Origin: Rhodospirillales bacterium
Lineage (GTDB): Bacteria > Pseudomonadota > Alphaproteobacteria > CACIAM-22H2
Direction: 5' to 3'
NCBI GenBank assembly: GCA_016794025.1
Contig: JAEUKX010000036.1
Coordinates: 5,225-69,224 of the forward strand
Length of the DNA stretch: 64,000 nt
Shown here: one piece after another, positions 30,915 through 40,185 of the stretch
Position numbering within the stretch: position 1 is the first letter of the stretch
How the letters are laid out: each line of letters begins with the position of its first letter
The notes under the pieces: model-generated
Seen by the model: only the letters and a program-made list of their open reading frames with translations
Told to the model about the DNA's origin: nothing
Database searches by the model: none
Position numbers and translations under genes: made by a program

Positions 30915-31549
30915 GGCCACCACGCACGCCAGCCGTGGCGTCGCGCCTCCCTGTTCACGTCGATAGCCGCCTTTTCCGTCACGATCCAGTCGAGCGTCTG
31001 GTCGTGCGGCCCGCACGGGATGCGTTCGAAGCGCTGGACCGCGTACGCGACGCCGACGGCCCTCGTCCGGCCGCGCGCACGCAGGCCGGCAATCGTGCGG
31101 TCGTAAAATCCGCCGCCATAGCCGATGCGGTTTCCCTGTTCGTCATAGCCAAGAAGCGGCACGAGCAGGACATCCGGCTCGATCTGCGGCTGCGTGGGCA
31201 GCGGCTCGCGCATGCCGAATTTGTGGTGGGTCAGCTCGTCGCCCGGCTTCCAGAGCCGGAAGACCAGCGGTGCCGCGCGGCGCACCACAACCGGCAGTGC
31301 CAGCACATGCCCGCGCGCATCGAGCGCCTGCATCAGCGGCATCGGGTCAAATTCGCTTCCGAACGCGCAGTAGCCGGCGACACTTGCACCTGCGGCCAGC
31401 GGGACGCGCGCCAGGAAGCGGTCCCGCACGGCACGGGCCGCGGCAGCACCCTCGTGGCGATGGAAATGCTCGCGCCGCTCGCGCGCCACCGACCGGAGTT
31501 CGGCCTTGGCGTCGTCGAGTTCGTCTGGGGGGGGCTTGCCGATCTTCAA
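30908..31549 (-). CDS. 5-formyltetrahydrofolate cyclo-ligase (MTHFS, YgfA homolog)
   Basis: GYGGGFYDR motif. 213 aa. Confidence 0.85.
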   Translation of the reverse strand: MKIGKPPPDELDDAKAELRSVARERREHFHRHEGAAAARAVRDRFLARVPLAAGASVAGYCAFGSEFDPMPLMQALDARGHVLALPVVVRRAAPLVFRLWKPGDELTHHKFGMREPLPTQPQIEPDVLLVPLLGYDEQGNRIGYGGGFYDRTIAGLRARGRTRAVGVAYAVQRFERIPCGPHDQTLDWIVTEKAAIDVNREARRHGWRAWWPW

Positions 31550-31557
31550 TCCCGTGC

Positions 31558-31780
31558 GTGGGAGTTCGCACCCGGCTGCCGGATGCGGAAAGGTGGACGG
31601 AGCCGCAGCGGCCGTTGACGTTGCTTTCCTCCGTGGCCCGCTAACAGCAGGTGGGCGCCGTATGTCGATGCCAGGGCACCGATAGGGACAGCTCCCGAGG
31701 AGTTATTATCGCCCCGGGGAACATGCGTGCCTGACGCACCTCGCAGCCCCGTCCGGGATCGAACATAGGCAATGGCGCGC
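31558..31780 (-). ncRNA. ssrS: Candidate 6S RNA (ssrS) immediately upstream of the MTHFS/ygfA homolog
   Basis: About 220-nt noncoding stretch between a terminator and the MTHFS start. Candidate terminal pairing GTTCGATCCCGG / CCGGGTGCGAAC closes a long imperfect helix. Conserved ssrS-ygfA synteny in proteobacteria. Confidence 0.4.
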
Positions 31781-31803
31781 TTCGGGGCAACCGGCAGTAT
31801 TGC

Positions 31804-31839
31804 TGAAAAAAAGAGGGCTCCGTCCGAAGACGGAGCCCC
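31804..31839 (-). terminator. Rho-independent terminator downstream of the MHS transporter gene
   Basis: Perfect 10-bp stem GGGCTCCGTC-CGAA-GACGGAGCCC followed on the minus strand by TTTTTTT. Confidence 0.65.
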
Positions 31840-31919
31840 TAGTTAAGGGTAGGTCCACGCCGGTGGAGACTACCCGGCCCGCACGGCCGGAGCCGTACGG
31901 GCAAAGCCGGAGCGACGCC

Positions 31920-33629
31920 TCAGCGCTGCCCCTCGTAGGTGTAGATGTCGCGATCCTTCGTTTCCGGCACGAACAGCAGGCCGATGACGAAGGTGCCCAG
32001 TGCCACGACGATCGGGTACCAGAGGCCGTAGTAGATGTCCCCGGTCTGGGCGACCATCGCGAACGACGTTGCCGGCAGGAAGCCGCCGAACCAGCCGTTG
32101 CCGATGTGGTAGGGCAGCGACATCGACGTGTAGCGGATGCGCGTGGGGAACAGTTCCACGAGCGCCGCCGCAATGGGCCCGTAGACCATGGTCACGTAGA
32201 GGACCATGATCGTGAGGATCACGACGACCTTGAAAGGCTGTGCACGGAAGACGTCGAACACGTTCGACACCTTCACGCGCTCGGGATCGTTCGCCTTCGG
32301 ATAGCCGGCGGCGTAGATCGCGGCGGTGGCCGCCGTGTTGAACGCCGTTGCGGCAGCACCCGCCGCGGCCCCCAGCTTCTCCGGATTGTAGGACGGGATC
32401 TCCACATCGCCGATCTTGACCGAGGCGAGGGTTCCGGCCGGAGCCGCCTCGTTCGTGTAGGCAACCGAGTTGCGGGCGAGGAACGCCTTGGCAATGTCGC
32501 ACGACGTCGTGAACTTCGCCGTACCGACGGGGTTGAACTGGAACGAGCAGTCGGCCGGATCCGCCTTGACGACCACGGGTGCGGATGCCTGCGCCTTGGC
32601 GAGCGCGGGATCTGCGGTTTCCGTCAGCGCGTGGAACAGCGGGAAGTACGTCACTGCCGCGATCAGGCAGCCCGCGAGGATCACCGGCTTGCGGCCGATG
32701 CGGTCCGAGAGGCTTCCGAACAGGATGAAGCCACCGGTGCCGAAGATCAGAGACCACGCCACCAGCACGTTCGACGTGAACCCGTCGATCTTCAGGATCG
32801 CGCCGAGGAAGAACAGCGCATAGAACTGGCCCGTGTACCAGACGACCGCCTGTCCGGCGACGAGACCGAGCAGCGCCAGCAGCGCGATCTTGGCGTTCTT
32901 CCACTGTCCGAAGGCTTCCGAGAGCGGCGCCTTCGAATGCGTGCCCTCTTCCTTCATCTTGCGGAATGCCGGGCTCTCTTCCATCTGCATGCGGATCCAC
33001 ACCGAGATGCCGAGCAGGAAGATCGACACCAGGAACGGAATGCGCCAGCCCCACTCCGCGAAGTCCTTGTCGCCAAGGTACGTGCGTACGCCGAGGATGA
33101 TGATCAGCGAAAGAAGCAGGCCGAGCGTGGCCGTCGTCTGGATCCAGCTCGTGAAGTAGCCGCGGCGGCCGTGCGGCGCGTGTTCGGCGACATAGACGGC
33201 CGCACCGCCATACTCGCCGCCCAGCGCCAGCCCCTGCAGGAGACGCAGGCCGATGAGGATGACCGGCGCCAGCGAGCCGATCGAGTTGTAGTTGGGCAGG
33301 CAGCCGACAAGAAACGTCGACGAACCCATGATCACGATCGTCATGAGGAAGGTGTACTTGCGGCCCACCATGTCGCCGAGGCGGCCGAACACAAGCGCGC
33401 CGAACGGGCGCACGAGGAAGCCGGCCGCGAACGCCAGGAGCGCGAACACGTTTCGCGCGGATTCGGGAAAGGCGCTGAAGAACTGCGCACCGATCAGTGC
33501 GGCCAGCGACCCGTAAAGGTAGAAATCGTACCATTCGAAGACGGTACCCAGCGAAGATGCCAGGATCACCTTCTTCTCTTCGCGCGTCATCGGCGCGTTG
33601 CCGTCCATCGCGGCTGAATTGGCGCTCAT
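31920..33629 (-). CDS. MFS transporter, metabolite:H+ symporter (MHS) family, with about 130-aa hydrophilic insertion
   Basis: N-terminal VFEWYDFYLYGSLA signature of KgtP/ProP-type MHS proteins. Start at M31 with GGGGAG RBS. Confidence 0.85.
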   Translation of the reverse strand: MSANSAAMDGNAPMTREEKKVILASSLGTVFEWYDFYLYGSLAALIGAQFFSAFPESARNVFALLAFAAGFLVRPFGALVFGRLGDMVGRKYTFLMTIVIMGSSTFLVGCLPNYNSIGSLAPVILIGLRLLQGLALGGEYGGAAVYVAEHAPHGRRGYFTSWIQTTATLGLLLSLIIILGVRTYLGDKDFAEWGWRIPFLVSIFLLGISVWIRMQMEESPAFRKMKEEGTHSKAPLSEAFGQWKNAKIALLALLGLVAGQAVVWYTGQFYALFFLGAILKIDGFTSNVLVAWSLIFGTGGFILFGSLSDRIGRKPVILAGCLIAAVTYFPLFHALTETADPALAKAQASAPVVVKADPADCSFQFNPVGTAKFTTSCDIAKAFLARNSVAYTNEAAPAGTLASVKIGDVEIPSYNPEKLGAAAGAAATAFNTAATAAIYAAGYPKANDPERVKVSNVFDVFRAQPFKVVVILTIMVLYVTMVYGPIAAALVELFPTRIRYTSMSLPYHIGNGWFGGFLPATSFAMVAQTGDIYYGLWYPIVVALGTFVIGLLFVPETKDRDIYTYEGQR

Positions 33630-33796
33630 TCGCAGGAACTCCCCTTGTTGTTTGTTGCTTTGGCGTATAGTTCTTGTGCCGACTGCTTTCTCGGGCAGCC
33701 GTTCGCGACGACAAGACATCGGAAGCCCGTAAAATTGCTACGCACGCTCGGGCGGCCCCACGTAAACAAGCCGTAAACACAGTGGCGCTCTGGGAA

Positions 33797-35311
33797 ATGG
33801 ACAATTTCAGGCAGATCGTTCTGACCGCCGCGATGGTCCTGCTGACGACGGTCGTCTCGCACGTCCTGCTCCGGAACGCGTCGATCGCGACCGTCACGCT
33901 GCTGTTCGTTCCGTGCGTCCTTATTGCCGCGCTGCTCTGGGGCCCGTTGCACGCCCTGATCGCCGTGACGATCTCCATCGGCGCGATCAGCTTCTTCCAC
34001 CTGCCGCCGGCCTACGATTTCTATGTCGACAATCCCGAGCACACGCTGGACATCGTGGTGTTCGCGCTTGTCGCGACGGTGGTGGGCGGCGCCGCAGACT
34101 GGGCGCGCCATTCCACCGAAAGCGCCCGGCAGCGCGAGGCGCGCATGCGCGAGCTCTACGATTTCAGCCGGCGCGTCGCCATGGTCGCCGACTTCGCCGA
34201 ACTGCCCGCGATGGTCGCGCGCGAGCTTGCCCGTCTTGCGCATGCGCCTGTGGCGCTATACCGGCCGTCGCAGGAAGGATTCATGCCTGTCGCGACCGAA
34301 GGCGAGCCGCTTCCCGGCCCCGAACAGCACGCCGTCGCGACGCAGATCTGGAACGAGTGCCGCCAGCTGGGAAGGCCGCTTTCGCCGCGCGAGGCCGGCG
34401 GATGGTGGTATCGCGCCATCGGGCACGGCCAGGAGCCGGCCGGACTGGTCGCGACGCGGTCGGACGAGTTCATGCCGGGTGTCGAGCGCGTCTTCATCGA
34501 CGCCTTCCTTGCGCTTGCCGCCAACGTGCTCGTCCGTGCCGATCTTGCCGCGCACATCGACGCGATCCGTATCGACCAGCGCGCGGCCGAACTGCGGGAG
34601 GCCGTGCTCAGCTCGATCTCGCACGACTTGCGCACGCCGCTCGCCGCGATCCTCGGATCCGCGACGACGCTGGAGCGCTACGGCGACCTGTGTTCGGCAA
34701 AGGAGCGCAACGATCTTAAGGTCACGATCCGCGAGGAAGCCACGCGGCTCGATCGCCTGATCGCGCGCATGTTCGATCTGACGCGCATCCGCGCCGGCAA
34801 GCTCGAGCCGGCGCTGGAACCCGTCGAACTCGTCGACGTCGTCGACATGGCCCTGCGGCACAACCGCCGTACGCTCGAACGCCACCGCGTTAGCGTCCAC
34901 ATTCCGGCCGATCTGCCGATGCCGGTGGCCGATGGCGTTCTCCTCGAACAGTCGCTTTCGAATGTCGTGGAAAACGCCGCGAAGTACGCGCCGGCCGGCA
35001 CGACCATCGAGATCAGCGCAGCGAATGCGGCAGACGATCCGGCGACGGTCGAACTGCGCGTGCGCGACGAGGGGCGCGGTCTCACCCCGGAAGAGGGCCG
35101 GCACATCTTCGACCAGTTCTATCGGGCGGTCGACGGCGCGGCCGATCCGGGCGGCAGCGGTCTCGGCCTTGCGATCAGCCGCGCATTCGTCGAGGCATGC
35201 GGCGGCACGATCGAGGCGATCAGCGAGGGGCCCGGGCGGGGCACGACTGTCCGGATCCGCCTGCCGGCCGCGAAGACTCCGCTGCTGGCCGAAGAAGGCG
35301 AGGCGGCATGA
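33797..35311 (+). CDS. KdpD-like sensor histidine kinase lacking the N-terminal KdpD/Usp sensor domains
   Basis: 4-TM module, KdpD-type linker (…ARQREARMRELYDFSRRVAM…), HisKA H-box SISHDLRTPLAAI, HATPase_c. Confidence 0.85.
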   Translation: MDNFRQIVLTAAMVLLTTVVSHVLLRNASIATVTLLFVPCVLIAALLWGPLHALIAVTISIGAISFFHLPPAYDFYVDNPEHTLDIVVFALVATVVGGAADWARHSTESARQREARMRELYDFSRRVAMVADFAELPAMVARELARLAHAPVALYRPSQEGFMPVATEGEPLPGPEQHAVATQIWNECRQLGRPLSPREAGGWWYRAIGHGQEPAGLVATRSDEFMPGVERVFIDAFLALAANVLVRADLAAHIDAIRIDQRAAELREAVLSSISHDLRTPLAAILGSATTLERYGDLCSAKERNDLKVTIREEATRLDRLIARMFDLTRIRAGKLEPALEPVELVDVVDMALRHNRRTLERHRVSVHIPADLPMPVADGVLLEQSLSNVVENAAKYAPAGTTIEISAANAADDPATVELRVRDEGRGLTPEEGRHIFDQFYRAVDGAADPGGSGLGLAISRAFVEACGGTIEAISEGPGRGTTVRIRLPAAKTPLLAEEGEAA

Positions 35312-36015
35312 CCCGGCAACGCAGGATTCTCGTCGTCGACGACGAACCGCAGATCCGCCGCTTCCTGCGAACCGGTCTGTCCGTGCAGGGCTTCGAGGTG
35401 ATCGAGGCCGAATCCGGCGCGGAAGCGCTGCGCGTGGCGCCGACCGCGCGTGCCGACCTTGTCGTGCTCGACCTGCAGCTTGGCGACATGGATGGCCTCG
35501 ACGTGCTGAAGCGCCTGCGCGAATGGTCGTGGCTGCCGGTCTTCATCCTTTCGGTCCGTGACCGGGAAGCCGACAAGGTCAAGGCGCTGGAACTCGGCGC
35601 GGACGACTACATGACCAAGCCGTTCGGCGCGGCCGAGTTCGTCGCGCGCGTGAACGCGCTGATCCGACGGATCCCGGAAATCGCCGCGCAGCCGAAATTC
35701 TCGGTCGGCGATCTCACCATCGACATGGCTCGCCGGCAGGTCTTCCTTGGCGAAAGCGAGGTGAAGCTCTCGCCCAAGGAGTACCAGCTGCTCCAGTTTC
35801 TCGCCCGCCATGCCGGCAAGGTCGCCACGCACCAGCAGATGCTGAACGAGGTGTGGGGGCCCGGCCACGCAGAAGACGCGCACTATCTGCGCATCTTCAT
35901 GCGCAAGTTGCGCAACAAGATCGAAACCGACGCGACCCGGCCGCGTTACATCATCACGGAACTTGGCGTGGGCTACCGGCTGCTTGCGCCCGACCAGTAC
36001 GACGCAGCGTCCTAG
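35308..36015 (+). CDS. OmpR/KdpE-like response regulator
   Basis: Receiver domain (ILVVDDEPQIRRFL…D…) plus winged-helix output. ATGA overlap with the kinase stop. Confidence 0.9.
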   Translation: MTRQRRILVVDDEPQIRRFLRTGLSVQGFEVIEAESGAEALRVAPTARADLVVLDLQLGDMDGLDVLKRLREWSWLPVFILSVRDREADKVKALELGADDYMTKPFGAAEFVARVNALIRRIPEIAAQPKFSVGDLTIDMARRQVFLGESEVKLSPKEYQLLQFLARHAGKVATHQQMLNEVWGPGHAEDAHYLRIFMRKLRNKIETDATRPRYIITELGVGYRLLAPDQYDAAS

Positions 36016-36884
36016 ACAGGCTTCCGGAACACCAGCGTGTGCCAGCCCGCGATGGCGAGCCGCCCGCGGAACGCGAGCCGCCGCGCGAGATAGGCGGCCT
36101 TCACCCACGCTTCCTGATCGGCGAGCAGTCCCGAAAGAACGAGCGTGCCGCCGGGCCTCAGGGCACGCGACAAGGGCGTGGCGAGCTGCGTAAGCGGCCG
36201 CGCAAGGATGTTGGCGAGCACCAGATCGAAACGCGCGCGCGTTGCGCCGAGCTTCGCGAAGCCGGCCGAATGGAGGGCGCGCACGCGGCACGCCAGCCCG
36301 TTGGTCGCGATGTTCTCGCGCGCGAGACGAACGGAATCGGCATCGATGTCGCTCGCAAGCACGCGGCAGGGTTTGGCGCGTGCCGCACCGATCGACAGGA
36401 TCGCCGAGCCGCAGCCCAGATCGAGCACGCGGCGGAAACGTTTCCGCCGCGCGAGCCGGTCGATGGCCGTCAGGCAACCCTTTGTCGTGGCATGCTCGCC
36501 CGAGCCGAACGCGATCGACGCATCGAGCGCGATGGGCCAGCTTCCGGCCGGTGCCGCGCGTTCGACATGGCTGCCGAACACGAAAAAGCGCTGGATCGCC
36601 AGCGGCGGGAACGAGGCGCGGTTCTCGGCCAGCCAGTCGCGCTCGGGGATCTCCTCGACATCGATCGAAGGCACCGCCCGGCCCAGCGATTTCGCCGCGG
36701 CGAAGATCGCCGGCGCCAGTCGGCCGAGATCGGGCTTCGCGTCGAAGAACGCCTCGACCAGCCAGGGGCCGTTGGGCGAGGTCTCGAACGCCGTCAGCGC
36801 GCCGGCCTCTTCTTCAAGCGCCTGCACGTAGGCCTGCTGCGTCAGCGCGTCGGCCTGCAGCGCAAGCCGCCAGATCGTGCTCAT
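36012..36884 (-). CDS. prmA: Ribosomal protein L11 methyltransferase
   Basis: SAM-binding motif VLDLGCGSAILSI. GGAGAAGG RBS. ATGA overlap with the uvrD stop. Confidence 0.85.
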   Translation of the reverse strand: MSTIWRLALQADALTQQAYVQALEEEAGALTAFETSPNGPWLVEAFFDAKPDLGRLAPAIFAAAKSLGRAVPSIDVEEIPERDWLAENRASFPPLAIQRFFVFGSHVERAAPAGSWPIALDASIAFGSGEHATTKGCLTAIDRLARRKRFRRVLDLGCGSAILSIGAARAKPCRVLASDIDADSVRLARENIATNGLACRVRALHSAGFAKLGATRARFDLVLANILARPLTQLATPLSRALRPGGTLVLSGLLADQEAWVKAAYLARRLAFRGRLAIAGWHTLVFRKPV

Positions 36885-39091
36885 GCCTTCTCCACGAAGC
36901 TTTCCATGACATGCTTGAGGCCGCTGTGCTCGAACTCGACCTCCAGCTTGCCGCCCTCCGCGGCGACGACGCGGCCATAGCCGAATTTCTGGTGGAACAC
37001 GCGCATGCCTGGCGTCAGGCCGGACCCGTCGCGGCCAAGTTCGGTCGCCCGGCCCTCGATCACCGGTGCACGCCGCATTCCGCGCGCGAAGGACGGTTCT
37101 GCCGACGGCGCCGAGGCGGAAAACTGCGGTCCGTCGCCCCACAGGCCGGGTTCGCTCTTCACATCGAGCGTATCCGGCGGCAGTTCGGCCACGAAGCGCG
37201 AGGGCACGGACGACTGCCACATGCCATGGATGCGCCGGTTAGCGGCGAAACTGACATAGGCGCGCGTGCGCGCGCGCGTCAGGCCGACATGCGCAAGACG
37301 CCGCTCCTCCTCCAGCCCCTCCTCGCCCTTCTCGTCGAGCGCACGCGGATGCGGAAAAAGACCTTCCTCCCATCCCGGCAGGAAGACGGCGTCGAACTCC
37401 AGTCCCTTGGCCGCGTGCAGCGTCATCAGGCTCGCCATGTCGCCGGGAGCCGCCTCGGCGTTCTCCATCACGAGGCTCACATGCTCGAGGAACGCCGGCA
37501 GATCGTCGTACTCCTCCAGTGCCGCGACAAGCTCCTTGAGGTTTTCGAGCTTGCCGGGCGCTTCGGGGGACTTGTCCTCCTGCCACATGCGCGTATAGCC
37601 GCTCTCGTCGAGCACCGTGGCGGCGAGCTCGGCATGGTGCGCGCGGTCAAGCTGGGCACGCCAGCGCGCGAAATCGTCGACCACGCGGCGGACGGCATTT
37701 CGCGCCGCGGTCTTGAGCTCGTCCGACGTCACGATCGTCTCGGCCGAAGCGAGAAGCGGGATGCCTTTTGCGCGCGCGAGCCTCTGCAGCGTCTGGACGC
37801 TTGCCTCGCCGATGCCGCGGCGCGGCTTGTTGATGATGCGCTCGAGCGCAAGATCGTCGTCGGGCTGCACGATCACGCGGAAATAGGCGATCGCGTCACG
37901 GATTTCCTCGCGCTCGTAGAAGCGAGGACCGCCGATGACCCGATAGGGGATGCCCAGCGCAATAAAACGCTCTTCGAACTCGCGCGTCTGGAAGCCTGCG
38001 CGCACGAGAATGGCGATGTCGCCGAGCCTGGAACCGGAACGCTGCAGCGCCTCGATCTCGTCGGCGACGTAGACGGCCTCCTGTTCGCCGTCCCAGACCG
38101 GGCGCACGACGACCTTCTCGCCGCCGTTCGCGGCGGTCCACAGCGTCTTGCCGAGCCGGGTGCGGTTGTGCGCGATAAGTCCGGAGGCCGCCGCGAGGAT
38201 GTGGCCGCTCGACCGGTAGTTCTGTTCCAGCCGCACGACCTTGGCGCCGGGAAAATCCTTCTCGAAACGCAGGATGTTTCCCACCTCGGCGCCGCGCCAG
38301 CCATAGATCGACTGGTCGTCGTCGCCCACGCAGCACAGGTTGCGCGACTGCTGCGCGAGGATGCGCAGCCACATGTACTGCGCGACGTTCGTATCCTGAT
38401 ACTCGTCGACGAGGATGTAGCGGAACCGCTTGTGATACTCGGCCAGCACGTCGGGCCGCGTCTGGAAGATCGTCAGGTTGTGCATCAGCAGGTCGCCGAA
38501 GTCGCAGGCGTTGAGCGTCTTGAGCCGTTCCTGGTACATCGCATAGAGCCGGGCGGCCTTTCCGCCCGCGACCTCCGCCGCGGGATCGGCACCCACGCGC
38601 TCGGGCGTCAGACCACGGTCCTTCCAGCGTTCGATCACGCCGTGGACGACGCGCGCGGGCCATTTCTTGTCGTCGATATTCTCCGCCTGCAGGAGCTGCT
38701 TGATCAGGCGGATCTGGTCGTCCTGGTCCAGGATCGTGAAGTTCGGCTTCAAACCCACGTGCTCGGCATGCCTGCGAAGGATGCGTGCGGCAAGCGCATG
38801 GAATGTGCCAAGCCACATCGCCTCGACCGTATCGCCCACGACGGCGGCGATGCGGTGGCGCATTTCGGCCGCCGCCTTGTTGGTGAAGGTCACGGCAAGG
38901 ATCTGGTTCGCGAAGGCCTTTCGCGTGACCATCAGGTGGCACACGCGGGTGATGAGCACGCGCGTCTTGCCCGTTCCCGCCCCGGCCAGCACCAGCAGCG
39001 GGCCCTCGGTCGAGGTCGCGGCATCGAGCTGGGGCGGGTTCAGGTTGCGCAGGTAGGCCGGCAGGGCCGCCGATTCGGGCAAATCGCTCAT
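36881..39091 (-). CDS. uvrD: ATP-dependent DNA helicase UvrD/Rep family (DNA helicase II)
   Basis: Motif I AGAGTGKT, motifs II-VI of SF1 helicases. 736 aa from M60 of the track ORF. Confidence 0.9.
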   Translation of the reverse strand: MSDLPESAALPAYLRNLNPPQLDAATSTEGPLLVLAGAGTGKTRVLITRVCHLMVTRKAFANQILAVTFTNKAAAEMRHRIAAVVGDTVEAMWLGTFHALAARILRRHAEHVGLKPNFTILDQDDQIRLIKQLLQAENIDDKKWPARVVHGVIERWKDRGLTPERVGADPAAEVAGGKAARLYAMYQERLKTLNACDFGDLLMHNLTIFQTRPDVLAEYHKRFRYILVDEYQDTNVAQYMWLRILAQQSRNLCCVGDDDQSIYGWRGAEVGNILRFEKDFPGAKVVRLEQNYRSSGHILAAASGLIAHNRTRLGKTLWTAANGGEKVVVRPVWDGEQEAVYVADEIEALQRSGSRLGDIAILVRAGFQTREFEERFIALGIPYRVIGGPRFYEREEIRDAIAYFRVIVQPDDDLALERIINKPRRGIGEASVQTLQRLARAKGIPLLASAETIVTSDELKTAARNAVRRVVDDFARWRAQLDRAHHAELAATVLDESGYTRMWQEDKSPEAPGKLENLKELVAALEEYDDLPAFLEHVSLVMENAEAAPGDMASLMTLHAAKGLEFDAVFLPGWEEGLFPHPRALDEKGEEGLEEERRLAHVGLTRARTRAYVSFAANRRIHGMWQSSVPSRFVAELPPDTLDVKSEPGLWGDGPQFSASAPSAEPSFARGMRRAPVIEGRATELGRDGSGLTPGMRVFHQKFGYGRVVAAEGGKLEVEFEHSGLKHVMESFVEKA

Positions 39092-39192
39092 TCCGGGCGC
39101 TGTATAGCATGCGCGGCCCTTGGCGAAACCCGATCGGACATGGACAATATGCACGATCGAGGTGTCCCTTCCCGCCACCCCCGGAGGCCTGC

Positions 39193-40185
39193 ATGCGCCT
39201 GGTCCCGCGACTGCTGATCCTGCTCCTCGTGTTCCTGCCCCTGCCGCCTGCGGCAGCCCAGCAAGCATCGCAGCTGACGGGCACTTTCGACGCCATCGTG
39301 CGGCTGCGCACGTTCGTTCCGGCCGACGCGCGCACGGCCGCGACGCTGGGCCGGGAACGCGAGGGTACCGCCATCCTCATCGACGGATCGGGGCTGCTAT
39401 TGACCATCGGCTACCTGATGGTCGAGGCGTCGGGCGGCGAGGTGCGCTTTGCCGACGGGCGCACCGTGCCGGCGCAGGTCGTCGGCTACGATCACGATAC
39501 CGGATTCGGGTTGATGCGCGCGGTCGAGATTCCGAAGGGCCTTCGGCCGATCGCGCTGGGCAAGTCGTCAGCGCTGCGCGAGCGCGATCCCGTCGTCGTC
39601 GCAGCGCACGGCGGGCCGGACGCGGCGGCGCCGGCCTTCGTCGTCTCGCGCCGCACGTTCGCGGGCAGCTGGGAGTACATGCTGGAAAGCGCCATCTGGA
39701 CGAGCCCGCCGCACCCGGCCTGGAGCGGGGCTGCCCTGCTCGATCCCTCAGGCCGGCTCGTGGGCGTCGGCTCGCTCATCGTGGCGAGCGCCAACGGCAG
39801 CGGACCGGCAATGCCGGGCAACGTCTTCGTGCCTGTCGACGACCTGCTCCCCATCCTTGCCGACCTGATCGACCAAGGGCGGTCGATGGCACCCGTGCAT
39901 CCATGGCTTGGCATGGCCGTCGAGCCCCTTGCCGGGCGCCTGTTCGTCGTGCGGGTGACGCCGGACGGGCCTGCGGCACGCGCCGGCGTCCAGCGTGGCG
40001 ACGTGATCGCTTCGGTCAAGGGCCGGCAGCCCGATGCGCTCGACGATCTTTTCCGCGCACTGTGGGCGCAGGGCCCCGCCGGCACGACGATCGAGTTCGA
40101 CGTGCTTCGCGAGGGGCAGGTCCGACGCATGGCCGTGCCGTCGGCCGACCGGCGGCGGCACCTGAAGCTGCGTTCGTCGCTCTAG
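39193..40185 (+). CDS. Secreted trypsin-fold (S1C-like) / PDZ domain protein, likely catalytically degenerate
   Basis: Signal peptide, GGAGG RBS. DegP-like core with LTIGYL in place of LTNxHV and GFG in place of DLA. C-terminal PDZ. Confidence 0.75.
   Translation: MRLVPRLLILLLVFLPLPPAAAQQASQLTGTFDAIVRLRTFVPADARTAATLGREREGTAILIDGSGLLLTIGYLMVEASGGEVRFADGRTVPAQVVGYDHDTGFGLMRAVEIPKGLRPIALGKSSALRERDPVVVAAHGGPDAAAPAFVVSRRTFAGSWEYMLESAIWTSPPHPAWSGAALLDPSGRLVGVGSLIVASANGSGPAMPGNVFVPVDDLLPILADLIDQGRSMAPVHPWLGMAVEPLAGRLFVVRVTPDGPAARAGVQRGDVIASVKGRQPDALDDLFRALWAQGPAGTTIEFDVLREGQVRRMAVPSADRRRHLKLRSSL

Noticed and set aside
31750-31775. GTTCGATCC motif resembling a tRNA T-loop
   Set aside because: Flanking bases cannot form a T-stem or acceptor stem, and no cloverleaf can be drawn. 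Better explained as part of the candidate 6S RNA closing helix.
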